Assembly: GCA_016873195.1 (NCBI GenBank)
Contig: VGXW01000001.1
Span: 4,645 to 68,644 of the forward strand
DNA length: 64,000 nt
From: Planctomycetota bacterium
Lineage (GTDB): Bacteria; Planctomycetota; UBA1135; UBA2386
Reading direction: 5' to 3'
A program made the translations under genes and the position numbers. This document shows, piece by piece, positions 25,437-34,671 of the stretch. The stretch's first letter is position 1, and each line of letters starts with the position of its first letter. The notes under the pieces were generated by a model that was given only the letters and a program-made list of their open reading frames with translations, did no database searches and was not told where the DNA came from.

Positions 25437-27866
25437 TCAGCTTCCCGCGGCCACGAGCGCCAGAGCCGCCGGCAGCGGGAGGCGGAACGCGAACGAGGTG
25501 CCCGACCCCGGGCGGCTGGTCACCTCGATCGTGCCGCCGAGTCCGAGACAACCGGCGCGCACGGCCGCGAGCCCCACACCGCGCCCGGAGATCGCGGTCG
25601 CTTCGTCGCGGGTCGACAGGCCGTCGGCGAACAGCGCCGCGACGAGGTCGTCGTGGGTCGCGGCCGGCAGGCCGCGCCGGCGTGCCGCGGCCGCCACTGC
25701 GTCCCAGTCGATGCCGCCGCCGTCGTCCTCCACCGCGAGCAGCAGCAACTGCCGTTCGATGCGGGCCGAGATCGCGATGCGCCCGCGCGGCGGCTTGCCG
25801 CGTGCCCGGCGCTGGGCCTCGGGCTCGATGCCGTGGTCGACGGCGTTGCTCACCACGTGCACGAACGCTTCGAGGAGCGGTGCCAGCGCCTCGTGGTCGA
25901 TGCGCAGGTCGCCGCCGTGCACCTCGACCTCGACCCGCTTGCCGAGCTTGTCGGCGACGCGCAGCGCGTGCCGCGCGAACCGGTCGAGCACCGCCGCCGC
26001 CGGTCGCTGGCGCCACGACTCGACGATGGCGACGAGCCGGCCGGGCGGTTCGCCCGCGCAGAGCCGCGCGAGGAAGCCCGCGTGCTCGGCGGCCGTCAGC
26101 ACGATGCGCTCGCGCGCCTGCTCGGGCAGGAAGGTCCGGATGCGCTGCACGGCGGCGTCCCAGTGCTGCTGCAGTTCGGCGGCGAAGCCGTCGATCGGCA
26201 GGCCCTGCGCCAGCGCGTCCTCGACGCGGTGGCACGACGCGGCGTACCCGCCGAAGCCGTAGACCGACGCGCTGCCCTTCATCGTGTGCAGCGCCCGGCG
26301 CCGCTCGGCCTCGCTCTCGGCGTGCAGCGCGCCGGCGAGCAGTCCCTGCATCTCGTCGAGGAACCGCTCGAAGTCGGCCGGATCGCGCAGCAGGTTCCCG
26401 ACCACGGCCTGCAGTTCGCGCGCCTCGCGCTCCGCGCGTTCGGTCTCGAGCCGCGCCGTCGCGTCCTTGACCACGACGAGCAGGCCGACGAGCGCGCTGT
26501 CCTTCTCGATGCGGCCGACCTCGAGCTCGAAGTGGCGCCCGCTGCGCGCGAGCTGCCGCGGCAGCTGGTCCGCGAGCAGTTCGAACGGCAGGAACCCGTC
26601 CTGGATCTGCTGCACGCCGAGCTCGAACTCGGCCGCGCGCGGGTCGTCGCCGAACAGCAGGTCCCAGACCTTGCGGGTGGCACCCGGCCCGAACCACAGC
26701 TCGGCGCACTTCGACCCGCCGGGCAGCACCGTGCCGTCGAGGCCGCACGCGAGCATGCCGTCGCCCGTGCTGTCGAGCACGAGCCGCAGCCGCTCGTGCA
26801 TCGCCGTCAGCGAACGTTCCCGCTCGAGTATGCCCTCCGCCATGTCGTGGAAGGCCTCGGTCAGCTCGCCGAGTTCGTCGGCGACCGTCTTCGGCCGCGG
26901 CGGTTGCTCGCCGGCGCGCAGCGCCTCGACCGCTCGCAGCAGGGTGCCGAGCCGGCGCAGCAGACGCGCGACGAAGCCCCAGCTCAGCAGCAGGAGCAGG
27001 GCGCCGGCGCCCGCGATGGTGAACATCGCCGAACGCAGGATTCGCTGGCCAACGGCCAGCAGCGGGCGACCGACGTCGATGCGCAGCAGCACGCCGGGCC
27101 GCCCGTACAGGTCGGGCAACCAGCCGAAGGCCGCGACGGCGGCTGCGGACACCGCGCGCGTGGCGACCTGGTCGGGCGCGGCGGCGAGTTCCCGGCGCGC
27201 GTCGGCCTCCACGTCGTCGGCCGGCGGCTCGGTGGCGCGGCGCAGGTTCGCGTCGAGCCGCGTGAACTGGCGCAGCCGGTGCAGCCACTCCGCGTCGACC
27301 CGCGAGGCGGTCAGCAGGCGTCCCGGCCGCGGCGGCGCGCCCTGGTCGGAGCGCAGCACGTCGCGCGAGGACGTGATCCAGATCGTGTCGCCGACGCAAC
27401 AGAGCCCGACGCGCGGCGCTCCCGCGCGGTAGTGCACGGAACGGTCGTGCAGGTGCGCGAGCAAGCCCGGGTCCGCTGCCACGAACTGCTGCCGTGCGAC
27501 GTCGAGTGCCGCCGCGGCGCAGACCTTGCCGTCGTCCAGCCGCACGACCTGCACGACGTCCCAGCGCAGCGAGGCGAGCCCGCTGACGATCAGGTTCGCC
27601 TCGGCGAAGTCCGGGTAGTCGTCGTTGAGCAGGCGCGCCGCGTCGTCCCATTCCGCCCAGTCCGTCGTGCGGAGCAGGTGCTCCTGCAGCATCGTGTCGA
27701 CGGTCGCGACGGTCGCGCGCACCTTCTGCGCGGCCTCGCCGTGCTCGGATTCGCGCAGCCCGGACATGACGAGCGCGTCGGTCGCGACGTAGAGACCGGC
27801 GCTCAGCCCGGCGCTGCCCAGCACCACGGCCAGCAGGACCTTGCTGCGCAGCCTCACGGCCAGCAC
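25437..27866 (-). CDS. Membrane sensor kinase: CHASE4-like periplasmic domain - HAMP - PAS - HPt - CheA-type catalytic domain (no CheW/P5 domain)
   Basis: There are two TM segments (residues about 8-28 and about 283-305). CHASE4-like: TDWAEWDDAARLLNDDYPDFAEANL. HPt: RRALHTMKGSASVYGF. CheA P4-like: FVHVVSNAVDHGIE...DDGGGID...GRGVGLAAV...GSGTSFAFRLPL. The protein ends right after the ATPase domain. Confidence 0.8.
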   Translation of the reverse strand: MLAVRLRSKVLLAVVLGSAGLSAGLYVATDALVMSGLRESEHGEAAQKVRATVATVDTMLQEHLLRTTDWAEWDDAARLLNDDYPDFAEANLIVSGLASLRWDVVQVVRLDDGKVCAAAALDVARQQFVAADPGLLAHLHDRSVHYRAGAPRVGLCCVGDTIWITSSRDVLRSDQGAPPRPGRLLTASRVDAEWLHRLRQFTRLDANLRRATEPPADDVEADARRELAAAPDQVATRAVSAAAVAAFGWLPDLYGRPGVLLRIDVGRPLLAVGQRILRSAMFTIAGAGALLLLLSWGFVARLLRRLGTLLRAVEALRAGEQPPRPKTVADELGELTEAFHDMAEGILERERSLTAMHERLRLVLDSTGDGMLACGLDGTVLPGGSKCAELWFGPGATRKVWDLLFGDDPRAAEFELGVQQIQDGFLPFELLADQLPRQLARSGRHFELEVGRIEKDSALVGLLVVVKDATARLETERAEREARELQAVVGNLLRDPADFERFLDEMQGLLAGALHAESEAERRRALHTMKGSASVYGFGGYAASCHRVEDALAQGLPIDGFAAELQQHWDAAVQRIRTFLPEQARERIVLTAAEHAGFLARLCAGEPPGRLVAIVESWRQRPAAAVLDRFARHALRVADKLGKRVEVEVHGGDLRIDHEALAPLLEAFVHVVSNAVDHGIEPEAQRRARGKPPRGRIAISARIERQLLLLAVEDDGGGIDWDAVAAAARRRGLPAATHDDLVAALFADGLSTRDEATAISGRGVGLAAVRAGCLGLGGTIEVTSRPGSGTSFAFRLPLPAALALVAAGS

Positions 27867-27891
27867 TCCCGCGCTGTGCCGCGCGCGGCCA

Positions 27892-28398
27892 TCAGAACAG
27901 CACCACGTCGCCCTCGCGGGCCACCTCGGTCGCCATCGCCTTCTCGAACTGCGCGTGGTCGGTCACTTCGTAGTCGACCCAGGCGATGATCCGGCCGCCG
28001 TCCCTGGCCTCGAACAGCACGCCGGAGACGTTGCTCGTGCCGCCGAGTGGCGCGATGCGTTCGCCGCGCAGCACGATCGGCGTCGTCGCGTAGACCTCGA
28101 TGCCGTGGCCCAGCAGCTTGTTCTTGACGCGCCCGAGCAGCTGGTTGGCCAGCTCGGCGATCCAGTCACGATCGCTCGTGGACGGCACGGGCCGCGTGCG
28201 CCGCACGGGCTCCAGATCGGCCGCGAGCATCAGCGCTCCGGCGAGGATCTGGCCGTGGAACCCGATCACGGCGCACAGGGGAGCGTGGGCTCCCCTGGGC
28301 GGTCGCTCCGCGATCTCGGCGATCGGCACGCCGTAGGCCTTGAACAGCGCCGTCGTGCTCGCGAACAGGAGGTTGTCGATGGTCTGTGCGGTGCCCAT
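27892..28398 (-). CDS. CheX/CheC-like domain protein
   Basis: 168-aa ORF between cheY and the kinase. CAVIGFHGQILAGALMLAADLE...DWIAELANQLLGRVKNKL resembles the CheX fold signature (D.igEl.N...G..K). Confidence 0.55.
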   Translation of the reverse strand: MGTAQTIDNLLFASTTALFKAYGVPIAEIAERPPRGAHAPLCAVIGFHGQILAGALMLAADLEPVRRTRPVPSTSDRDWIAELANQLLGRVKNKLLGHGIEVYATTPIVLRGERIAPLGGTSNVSGVLFEARDGGRIIAWVDYEVTDHAQFEKAMATEVAREGDVVLF

Positions 28399-28443
28399 GC
28401 CGTGCGCTTCTCCCGTGGGGCGTGCCGAGCCCGGCGCGCCTGT

Positions 28444-28815
28444 TCAGCCTCCGGTCAGCTTGCGGATCGCCGCCAGCACCAGCGGCGCCTTGAATGGTTT
28501 GACGATCCAGCCCTTCGCCCCCGCCGAACGCGCGCGCTGCAGCAGCGCCGGTTGGCCCTCGGTGGTCAGCATCACGACCGGCATCGCCGCCGTGCGCCCG
28601 GCCTGGTGCAGCTTCTCGAGCAGGTCGAGACCGTTCATGCGCGGCATGTTGACGTCGCAGAGCACGAGCGCGATGTCGGGTGCTCCGGCGAGCAGTTCCA
28701 GTGCTGCGACGCCGTCGCCGGCCTCGACCACCTCGAACCCTTCGGGGGCGAGCGCCTGCGCCACCTGCTGGCGCACGCTCGCCGAGTCGTCGACGACGAG
28801 GATCCTCTTGCTCAT
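28444..28815 (-). CDS. Single-domain CheY-like response regulator
   Basis: MSKRILVVDDSASVRQQV...LVLCDVNMPRMNGLDLL...VVMLTTEG...GAKGWIVKPF; 123 aa. ATG 28815 lies inside track ORF 28444..30681. Confidence 0.85.
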   Translation of the reverse strand: MSKRILVVDDSASVRQQVAQALAPEGFEVVEAGDGVAALELLAGAPDIALVLCDVNMPRMNGLDLLEKLHQAGRTAAMPVVMLTTEGQPALLQRARSAGAKGWIVKPFKAPLVLAAIRKLTGG

Positions 28816-28966
28816 GGCCTTGTGCGTTCTGCCGCCGCCACCGCCGCTGCCGGGCGACGGGGCGGATGTGCACGCATCGGCCGGCCGGCCGTGGCGACTG
28901 GAGCGCAGCCGCGCGTGGCCACGATCTGCCCATGCCTCCGGCCGCTCGCGCGGCGATGATGCCGGC

Positions 28967-29497
28967 ATGCGCAAGCTCGCCCTGTTCGCCGCCCTGTCGC
29001 TCGGTGGTTGCTCCGGCACGCCAGTGCCGCATCCGGCTCCCGGCAGCGTCCCCGATCCCGACGCCGCCTTCGTCGTCGAGGACGGCATGCTCGTGCTGCC
29101 GGGTCCGGTCTCGTTCGCGACGGGGCGGGCCGTGCCGACCGAGGACAGCGACCTCGCGCTGCGCCACGTGGTCCGGTTCCTCGCCAACAAGCCCGCGGTC
29201 ACCCTGCTGCGCATCGAGGTGCACACGGACGGCAGCTCCGGCGCGGCCAGGGAGCAGGCCCTCAGCGAAGCGCGCGCGCTGGCGGTCGCGGTGCGGCTGA
29301 TCGAGTTCGGCGCCGACGCGGACCGCCTGCTGCCGGTCGGGTTCGGCAGCACGAAGCCCGCCGCGGACCGTACGACGCCCGCGGGGCGCGCGCAGAACTC
29401 CCGCGTCGAGTTCCATCCGGCGGCGCTGCGCGGCAAGCCGATCGGCGGTCTGCCGGTCGACGGCGGCGGCGTGGCGGCGCGGAAGCCGGGCGGCTGA
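28967..29497 (+). CDS. OmpA-family lipoprotein
   Basis: Lipobox LFAALSLGGC. OmpA_C-like LRIEVHTDGSS...EQALSEARALAVAVRLIEFGADADRLLPVGFGSTKP...NSRVEF. Confidence 0.8.
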   Translation: MRKLALFAALSLGGCSGTPVPHPAPGSVPDPDAAFVVEDGMLVLPGPVSFATGRAVPTEDSDLALRHVVRFLANKPAVTLLRIEVHTDGSSGAAREQALSEARALAVAVRLIEFGADADRLLPVGFGSTKPAADRTTPAGRAQNSRVEFHPAALRGKPIGGLPVDGGGVAARKPGG

Positions 29498-29566
29498 GCG
29501 CGCGGCGCGCGCCGGGTCGCGTGCGCGGTGCTTCCGGGAGGCGGCAGCGCTACTGTGGTCGCCGCG

Positions 29567-30358
29567 ATGGACGCGCCGCGCAAAGAGATCTCTTCCGGCA
29601 GGAACCCCGCGATCCAGCGCTTCCGCGACGCGGCGGCCGGCGCGCTCGGGGGCGCCATGCTCGCCGAGGGCGTGCGGCTCGTGCGCGAGGCGCTCGACGC
29701 CGGCCTGCCCGTGCTCGAGGCCGCTCTGTCGCCGCGCTGCAGCGATGCCGCGCTGCGCGAACGGTTGCAGCAGCAGGCGCGGAGCTTCCTCGAGGTGACC
29801 GACGAGGTGCTCGGCCGCATGAGCGCGCTCGAGACGCCGCAGGGAGTCGCGGTGCTGCTCGCCATCCCGGACGCGCCGGAGGCGAAGCTGCTGCAGGGCG
29901 ACCTCGCCCCGCTGGTCGTCGTCGCCGCGGGCCTGCGCGATCCGGGCAACCTCGGCGCGCTGCTGCGGACCGCCGAGGCGGCGGGGGCCACCGGCGTGCT
30001 GACGATGCAGGGCGGCGCCGACCCGTTCCGCGACAAGGCCGTGCGCGGGTCGATGGGCTCGGTGTTCCGGCTGCCCGTGCGGCACGGCCTCGACGCCGCC
30101 GGCGTCGTCGAGTTCGCGCGGCGCCACCGCCTGCAGGTCGTCGTCGCCGACGGCGGCGGCGAGGTGCCGTTCACGCAGGCCGACCTGAGGAAACCGCTCT
30201 TGCTCGTCGTCGGCGCCGAGGCCGCGGGCGTGCCGCCGGAACTGCTGCGCGCGGCGGCGCAGCGCGTGCGGATCCCGCTGCGGCCGCCCGTCGAGAGCCT
30301 CAACGTCGCGGTCGCCGCCGGCGTGCTGCTCTTCGAGGCGCAGCGGCAACGGGGTTGA
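29567..30358 (+). CDS. TrmH/SpoU-family RNA 2'-O-methyltransferase
   Basis: GLRDPGNLGALLRTAEAAGATGV...MGSVFRLPV...ESLNVAVAAGVLLFE. The start is ATG 29567 or GTG 29528. Confidence 0.8.
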   Translation: MDAPRKEISSGRNPAIQRFRDAAAGALGGAMLAEGVRLVREALDAGLPVLEAALSPRCSDAALRERLQQQARSFLEVTDEVLGRMSALETPQGVAVLLAIPDAPEAKLLQGDLAPLVVVAAGLRDPGNLGALLRTAEAAGATGVLTMQGGADPFRDKAVRGSMGSVFRLPVRHGLDAAGVVEFARRHRLQVVVADGGGEVPFTQADLRKPLLLVVGAEAAGVPPELLRAAAQRVRIPLRPPVESLNVAVAAGVLLFEAQRQRG

Positions 30359-30359
30359 C

Positions 30360-31697
30360 ATGAGCCTGTTCGGCGATCTGCCCGACGCAGCGGGGCCAGC
30401 GGCGCCGAAGGGCCCGCCGCCGCCGCTCGCCGAGCGCATGCGGCCGCGCACGCTCGCGGAGTTCCTCGGCCAGGAACAGGTGCTCGGCGCGGGCCGCGCG
30501 CTGCGGGCTGCGATCGAGCAGGGCAACGCGGGTTCGCTGATCCTGTGGGGCCCGCCGGGCACCGGCAAGACGACGCTGGCGCTGCTGATCGCGCGGCACG
30601 CTGCCCTGCACTTCCAGCCGTTCTCGGCCGTGTTGGCGGGCGTCGCGCAGGTGCGCGAGGCGGTCGCCGAGGCGAAGGCACGCCGCCAGCGCGACGGCCA
30701 GGGCACGCTGGTGTTCGTCGACGAGATCCACCGCTTCAACAAGGCGCAGCAGGATGCGTTCCTGCCGCACGTCGAGAAGGGCGACCTCGTGCTCGTGGGG
30801 GCCACGACCGAGAACCCGTCCTTCTCGGTGAACGGCGCCCTGCTGTCGCGCGTGCGCGTGGTGCCGCTGCAGCCGCTGCCGCCGGCGGCGCTGGAACAGC
30901 TCGTGCGGGATGCGCTGACGGACCGCGAGCGCGGCCTCGGCGTGCGCGGCCTCGCGATCGCGCCCGCGGCGCTCGAACGGCTCGTGCTGCTGGCGGGCGG
31001 CGACGCCCGGCGCGCGCTCGGCTGCATCGAGGCGTGCGCCCTGACCTGCGTCGACGGCGACACGATCACCCGAGCGCAGGTCGTCGAGGCGTTCCAGCAC
31101 CGCGCGCTGCTGCACGACAAGGCCGGCGACCACCACTTCGACCTGCTGTCCGCGCTGCACAAGAGCCTGCGCAACTCCGACGTGCAGGCGGCCGTCTACT
31201 GGCTCGCGCGCGCGCTCGAGGCGGGCACCGACCCCGTGCACGCGGCGCGCCGGCTCGTCGCGATGGCGGCGGAGGACGTCGGCCTCGCCGACCCCATGGC
31301 GCTGCAGGTCGCGGTCGCCGCGCTGCACGCGCTGCAGTTCCTGGGCCTGCCCGAGGGCCGCCTGCCGCTGACCGAGGCCACCGTCTACCTCGCCGCGGCG
31401 CCGAAGAGCAACGCGGTCGTGCGCGCGATCGACGCGGCGGGCGCGGCGGCGCGCGAGGGCGCGGACCACCCGGTGCCGCTGCACCTGCGCAACGCGGTGA
31501 CCGGACTCGCGAAGGAACTCGGCCACGGCCAGGGCTACGTCTACGCGCACGACACCGCGGCCGGGGTCGGGCGCATGGAGTGCCTGCCGCCCGAACTGCG
31601 CGACGCGCGGTTCTTCGTGCCCGGCGAACGCGGCTTCGAGAAGAAGGTCCAGGAGCGCATGGCCGAGAACGACCGCCTGCGGCGCGGCCATGGCTGA
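30360..31697 (+). CDS. rarA: Replication-associated recombination protein A (AAA+ ATPase)
   Basis: LILWGPPGTGKTTLA, VFVDEIHRFNKAQQDAFLPHVE and GATTENPSF, plus a MgsA C-terminal domain. Confidence 0.9.
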   Translation: MSLFGDLPDAAGPAAPKGPPPPLAERMRPRTLAEFLGQEQVLGAGRALRAAIEQGNAGSLILWGPPGTGKTTLALLIARHAALHFQPFSAVLAGVAQVREAVAEAKARRQRDGQGTLVFVDEIHRFNKAQQDAFLPHVEKGDLVLVGATTENPSFSVNGALLSRVRVVPLQPLPPAALEQLVRDALTDRERGLGVRGLAIAPAALERLVLLAGGDARRALGCIEACALTCVDGDTITRAQVVEAFQHRALLHDKAGDHHFDLLSALHKSLRNSDVQAAVYWLARALEAGTDPVHAARRLVAMAAEDVGLADPMALQVAVAALHALQFLGLPEGRLPLTEATVYLAAAPKSNAVVRAIDAAGAAAREGADHPVPLHLRNAVTGLAKELGHGQGYVYAHDTAAGVGRMECLPPELRDARFFVPGERGFEKKVQERMAENDRLRRGHG

Positions 31698-32493
31698 AGG
31701 CCGCGTGCTGTTCGGCGTCGCCGGCTGGTCCTACCCGGACTGGAAGGACGTCGTCTACCCGCGCAACTGCAAGGACAGCTTGCGCGCGGTCGCGCAGCGG
31801 GTCGACCTGATCGAGATCAACAGCACGTTCTACGCCGTGCCGTCGGCGAAGAACTGCGCGTCGTGGGTCGAGCGCACGCAGGACCTCGGCACGCGCTTCA
31901 CGGCCAAGCTGCCGCACGAGTTCACGCACGAGCGGACCTTCGACGCCGCCCTCGTGGCCCAGGTGCGCGGTGGATGCGCGCCGCTGTTCGCCTCGGGCCG
32001 GTGCCTCGGGCTGCTCGCGCAGTTCAACCACGAGTTCCCGTTCACCGCGGCCGCGGTCGAGCACCTCGCGCGGCTCGCGGCTGCGTTCGGTGGCGACACC
32101 TCGCTGTTCGCCGAGGTGCGGCACCGCAGCTGGAACGCCGACGCGGCCCTGGATGCGCTGCGCGGGCTCGGGGTCGGCGCGCTCGACCTCGACTACCCGG
32201 GCATGGTCGGCGGCTTCTCGCGCGACGTCGCGGGCGTGCCGGCCCCCGGCGGCGTCAGCTACTTCCGCCTGCACGGCCGGAACCAGGCGTGGTTCCGCAA
32301 GGGTGCCGGTCGCGACGAGGTCTACGACTGGGAGTACGGCCCGCGCGAGGTCGAGCAGCTGCAGGCGCGCATCGAACGGATCGCGCGGCAGGCGACGCGC
32401 ACGCTCGTCGTCGCCAACAACCACTTCCACGGCAAGGCCATGTCGGTGATCGAGCAGCTGCTCGCGTGGTACCGCGCGGCGGGTGCGGGCTGA
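31690..32493 (+). CDS. DUF72 (YecE/UPF0759) family protein
   Basis: VLFGVAGWSYPDWKDVVYP...INSTFYAVPS...YFRLHGRN. It overlaps the rarA end by 8 nt. Confidence 0.8.
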   Translation: MAEGRVLFGVAGWSYPDWKDVVYPRNCKDSLRAVAQRVDLIEINSTFYAVPSAKNCASWVERTQDLGTRFTAKLPHEFTHERTFDAALVAQVRGGCAPLFASGRCLGLLAQFNHEFPFTAAAVEHLARLAAAFGGDTSLFAEVRHRSWNADAALDALRGLGVGALDLDYPGMVGGFSRDVAGVPAPGGVSYFRLHGRNQAWFRKGAGRDEVYDWEYGPREVEQLQARIERIARQATRTLVVANNHFHGKAMSVIEQLLAWYRAAGAG

Positions 32494-32504
32494 CCGGCGG
32501 CCGT

Positions 32505-32870
32505 TCAGGCGTGCGCGGCGTGTTTCTGCGCGGGCAGCGCGTCGCGGATCAGCAGGAGGCAGCGCTTCTGGCACGCGACCTGGTCCTGCGGTTCGCACAG
32601 GCTGCAGCGCTCGACGTCGAGCCAGCGGTTCGTGTGCGCGTCGCGCACGAAGGTCGCCGTGGCGACCTGGCCCTTCGGGATGCAGAGCAGCCGCTGTTCC
32701 TCGCGCGCCAGGACGGCGCCAGCGGGGATCCGGGCCTTCGCCTCCGTCACGCCCGACAGCGCCATGCCGATCGCCAGACCGACGAGCACGCCGAGCGCTG
32801 CGCCGAGCGGGCCGGCGGCCGCGAAGCCGAGCAGGAGCCCCGCGCACATGCCGACGTAGGTGATGATCAT
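32505..32870 (-). CDS. Small membrane protein with Cys-rich C-terminal domain (hypothetical)
   Basis: ATG 32870 is preceded by GGAGG. The N-terminus is a Gly/Ala-rich TM region (MIITYVGMCAGLLLGFAAAGPLGAALGVLVGLAIGMAL), followed by C...C-x2-C...C-x3-C. Confidence 0.5.
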   Translation of the reverse strand: MIITYVGMCAGLLLGFAAAGPLGAALGVLVGLAIGMALSGVTEAKARIPAGAVLAREEQRLLCIPKGQVATATFVRDAHTNRWLDVERCSLCEPQDQVACQKRCLLLIRDALPAQKHAAHA

Positions 32871-33178
32871 CGCTACCTCCGGGACGGTGCGGGCCGCGCC
32901 CCGCACGAGCTGACGGAACGTACCGAGGCCGGTGCCGGGTGGGAATCCGCCCGAATGCGCAGGGCGCCCGCACCACGCGCGGCGCGGCACGGGCTTGCGC
33001 ATTCTCCGCTGTGGGACGTGCCCCCGACTGCCGGGCGCTGTCTTGCGGCCGCGACATCCTGCCCTCCTGCGAGGACCGGCGCGGCCGGCGCGAAACGGTG
33101 GGCGGGTGGCCTGCGCCGGCGAACAGCTGGCACGGCGATTGCTCGCGACCGACGACGACGACCACCTCAGGAGTGACC

Positions 33179-33640
33179 ATGAACCGCCACCTGTACCTGC
33201 TCCCGGCCATGCTGCCGCTGCTCGCCGGCTGCGGCGGCCACTCGCACGACCCGGTCCCCGCCCCGGTCGCCGAACCGCGCCCGGTGTCGATCCTCGTCGA
33301 GGTCTACGACCCCTACACCAACCTCGTCTGGGAGAACGTGTCGGTTCGCGTCGTCGAGGCCGACCAGGAGTGGTCGAACAGCACCTGGACGAGCCCGTAC
33401 GCCGACTGGTACCTGACCGACGGGAGCGGCCGCGTGTGGTTCGACGAGTACTTGCTCGGTGCGGCCGAGGTGGGCTTCTTCGAGGACGTCGTCGGGCGGG
33501 CGATGCTGAGCCCGCGCCTCGACGAGGACGAAGCTCTCGTGGTGCTCGAGGTCGCCGCGGCAGGTTTCTTCCCGGTGTTCGTCGAGGTGCCGTTGCGGTG
33601 GGACGAGCCCGACGTGTTCGTCGAGGTCCCGTTCTTCTGA
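33179..33640 (+). CDS. Lipoprotein, acidic, unknown function
   Basis: AGGAG RBS upstream of ATG 33179. Lipobox LPLLAGC. The mature part is acidic with no recognisable domain. Confidence 0.55.
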   Translation: MNRHLYLLPAMLPLLAGCGGHSHDPVPAPVAEPRPVSILVEVYDPYTNLVWENVSVRVVEADQEWSNSTWTSPYADWYLTDGSGRVWFDEYLLGAAEVGFFEDVVGRAMLSPRLDEDEALVVLEVAAAGFFPVFVEVPLRWDEPDVFVEVPFF

Positions 33641-33701
33641 TCGGGCCCGGCCGCGCGGCGCAGCCCGGTCAAGTCGCGCCGCGGCGCGCGTCGATGGGAT
33701 C

Positions 33702-34640
33702 GTGACACTCCAGCCGAGGACCCGCTTGGACACGATCCTGCTCGTCAACGACTCCAACACCCTGACCAAGGTCCTGTCGAGCCACTTCTCGCGGGCGGGC
33801 TACCGCGTGATCTGCGTGACCGGGGTCATGGACGCGTTCGCGGCCTTCATCCGCAACGAGGTCGACCTGATCCTGACCGACTACGTGCTGCGCGAGAAGG
33901 ACTGCGCCGAGGTCATCGCGACGTTCCGCAGCAAGAAGGCGCTGGGCAAGCTGCCGATCGTCGTCTTCACCGCGATGGAGGATCCGGACACGGCGCGGCG
34001 GTGCGTCGAGGCGGGAGCCAACCTCGTGCTCGCCAAGTCGAACGGCACGCGCCACCTGCTCGAACGCATCGAGGGACTCGTCACCGAATGGAAGGCCAGC
34101 CGGCCGAGCCCGTCGCTCGACAAGGACCTGGGGCACTGCATCGTCCAGGCGACCGGCGACGTGTTCCGCACGATGGTCAACCGGAAGGTGACGCCCGGCG
34201 AGGTGACGATCGAGAAGGCACAGATCCGCCGCGCCGAGGTGATCGGCAGCATCGGCGTCGCCGGCTTCCTGTCCGGCTCGATCTCGCTGTTCATGCCGCG
34301 CAAGCTCGCGCAGGAGACCGTGGCGGCGATGCTGATGCTCGAGCCGGGAACGGAGGTGTCCGACGCCGAACTCGTCGATGCGATCGGCGAGCTGACCAAC
34401 ATGGTCGGCGGCAACATCAAGACCCTGCTGTTCCAGAAGACCCCGTTGTTCGACATCTCGGTGCCGAGCGTCTACATCGGCGAGGACCTGCAGCGGCGCT
34501 CGGTCAGCGACGACCTCTGTTTCATGGTGCCGTTCCGCGTCGGCGACCTGGAGTTCGCGGTCGAGTTCCTGATGGTCACCAAGAAGGAAGGCGGCACGGG
34601 CGTGCAACAGGTCGTCGTGGACGGCGTTCGCAGCGCGTGA
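33702..34640 (+). CDS. Response-regulator receiver fused to a CheX phosphatase-like domain
   Basis: The REC domain has ILLVNDSN...DLILTDYVL...VVFTAMED...LAKS. The C-terminal part (VIGSIGVAGFLSGSISLF...DAIGELTNMVGGNIKT) is a CheX signature. The start is GTG. Confidence 0.75.
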   Translation: MTLQPRTRLDTILLVNDSNTLTKVLSSHFSRAGYRVICVTGVMDAFAAFIRNEVDLILTDYVLREKDCAEVIATFRSKKALGKLPIVVFTAMEDPDTARRCVEAGANLVLAKSNGTRHLLERIEGLVTEWKASRPSPSLDKDLGHCIVQATGDVFRTMVNRKVTPGEVTIEKAQIRRAEVIGSIGVAGFLSGSISLFMPRKLAQETVAAMLMLEPGTEVSDAELVDAIGELTNMVGGNIKTLLFQKTPLFDISVPSVYIGEDLQRRSVSDDLCFMVPFRVGDLEFAVEFLMVTKKEGGTGVQQVVVDGVRSA

Positions 34641-34671
34641 TCCGGCGGGCGCCACCGGGCACACTTGCGGC

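Noticed and set aside
22156-27651. 1831-aa ORF on the minus strand, the largest in the track
   Set aside because: It is extremely Arg/Ala/Gly/Pro-rich with no domain-like segments. It runs antisense to the well-supported repeat-protein gene and out of frame through the kinase gene. This is the typical GC-rich artefact in which stop codons are rare in all frames.
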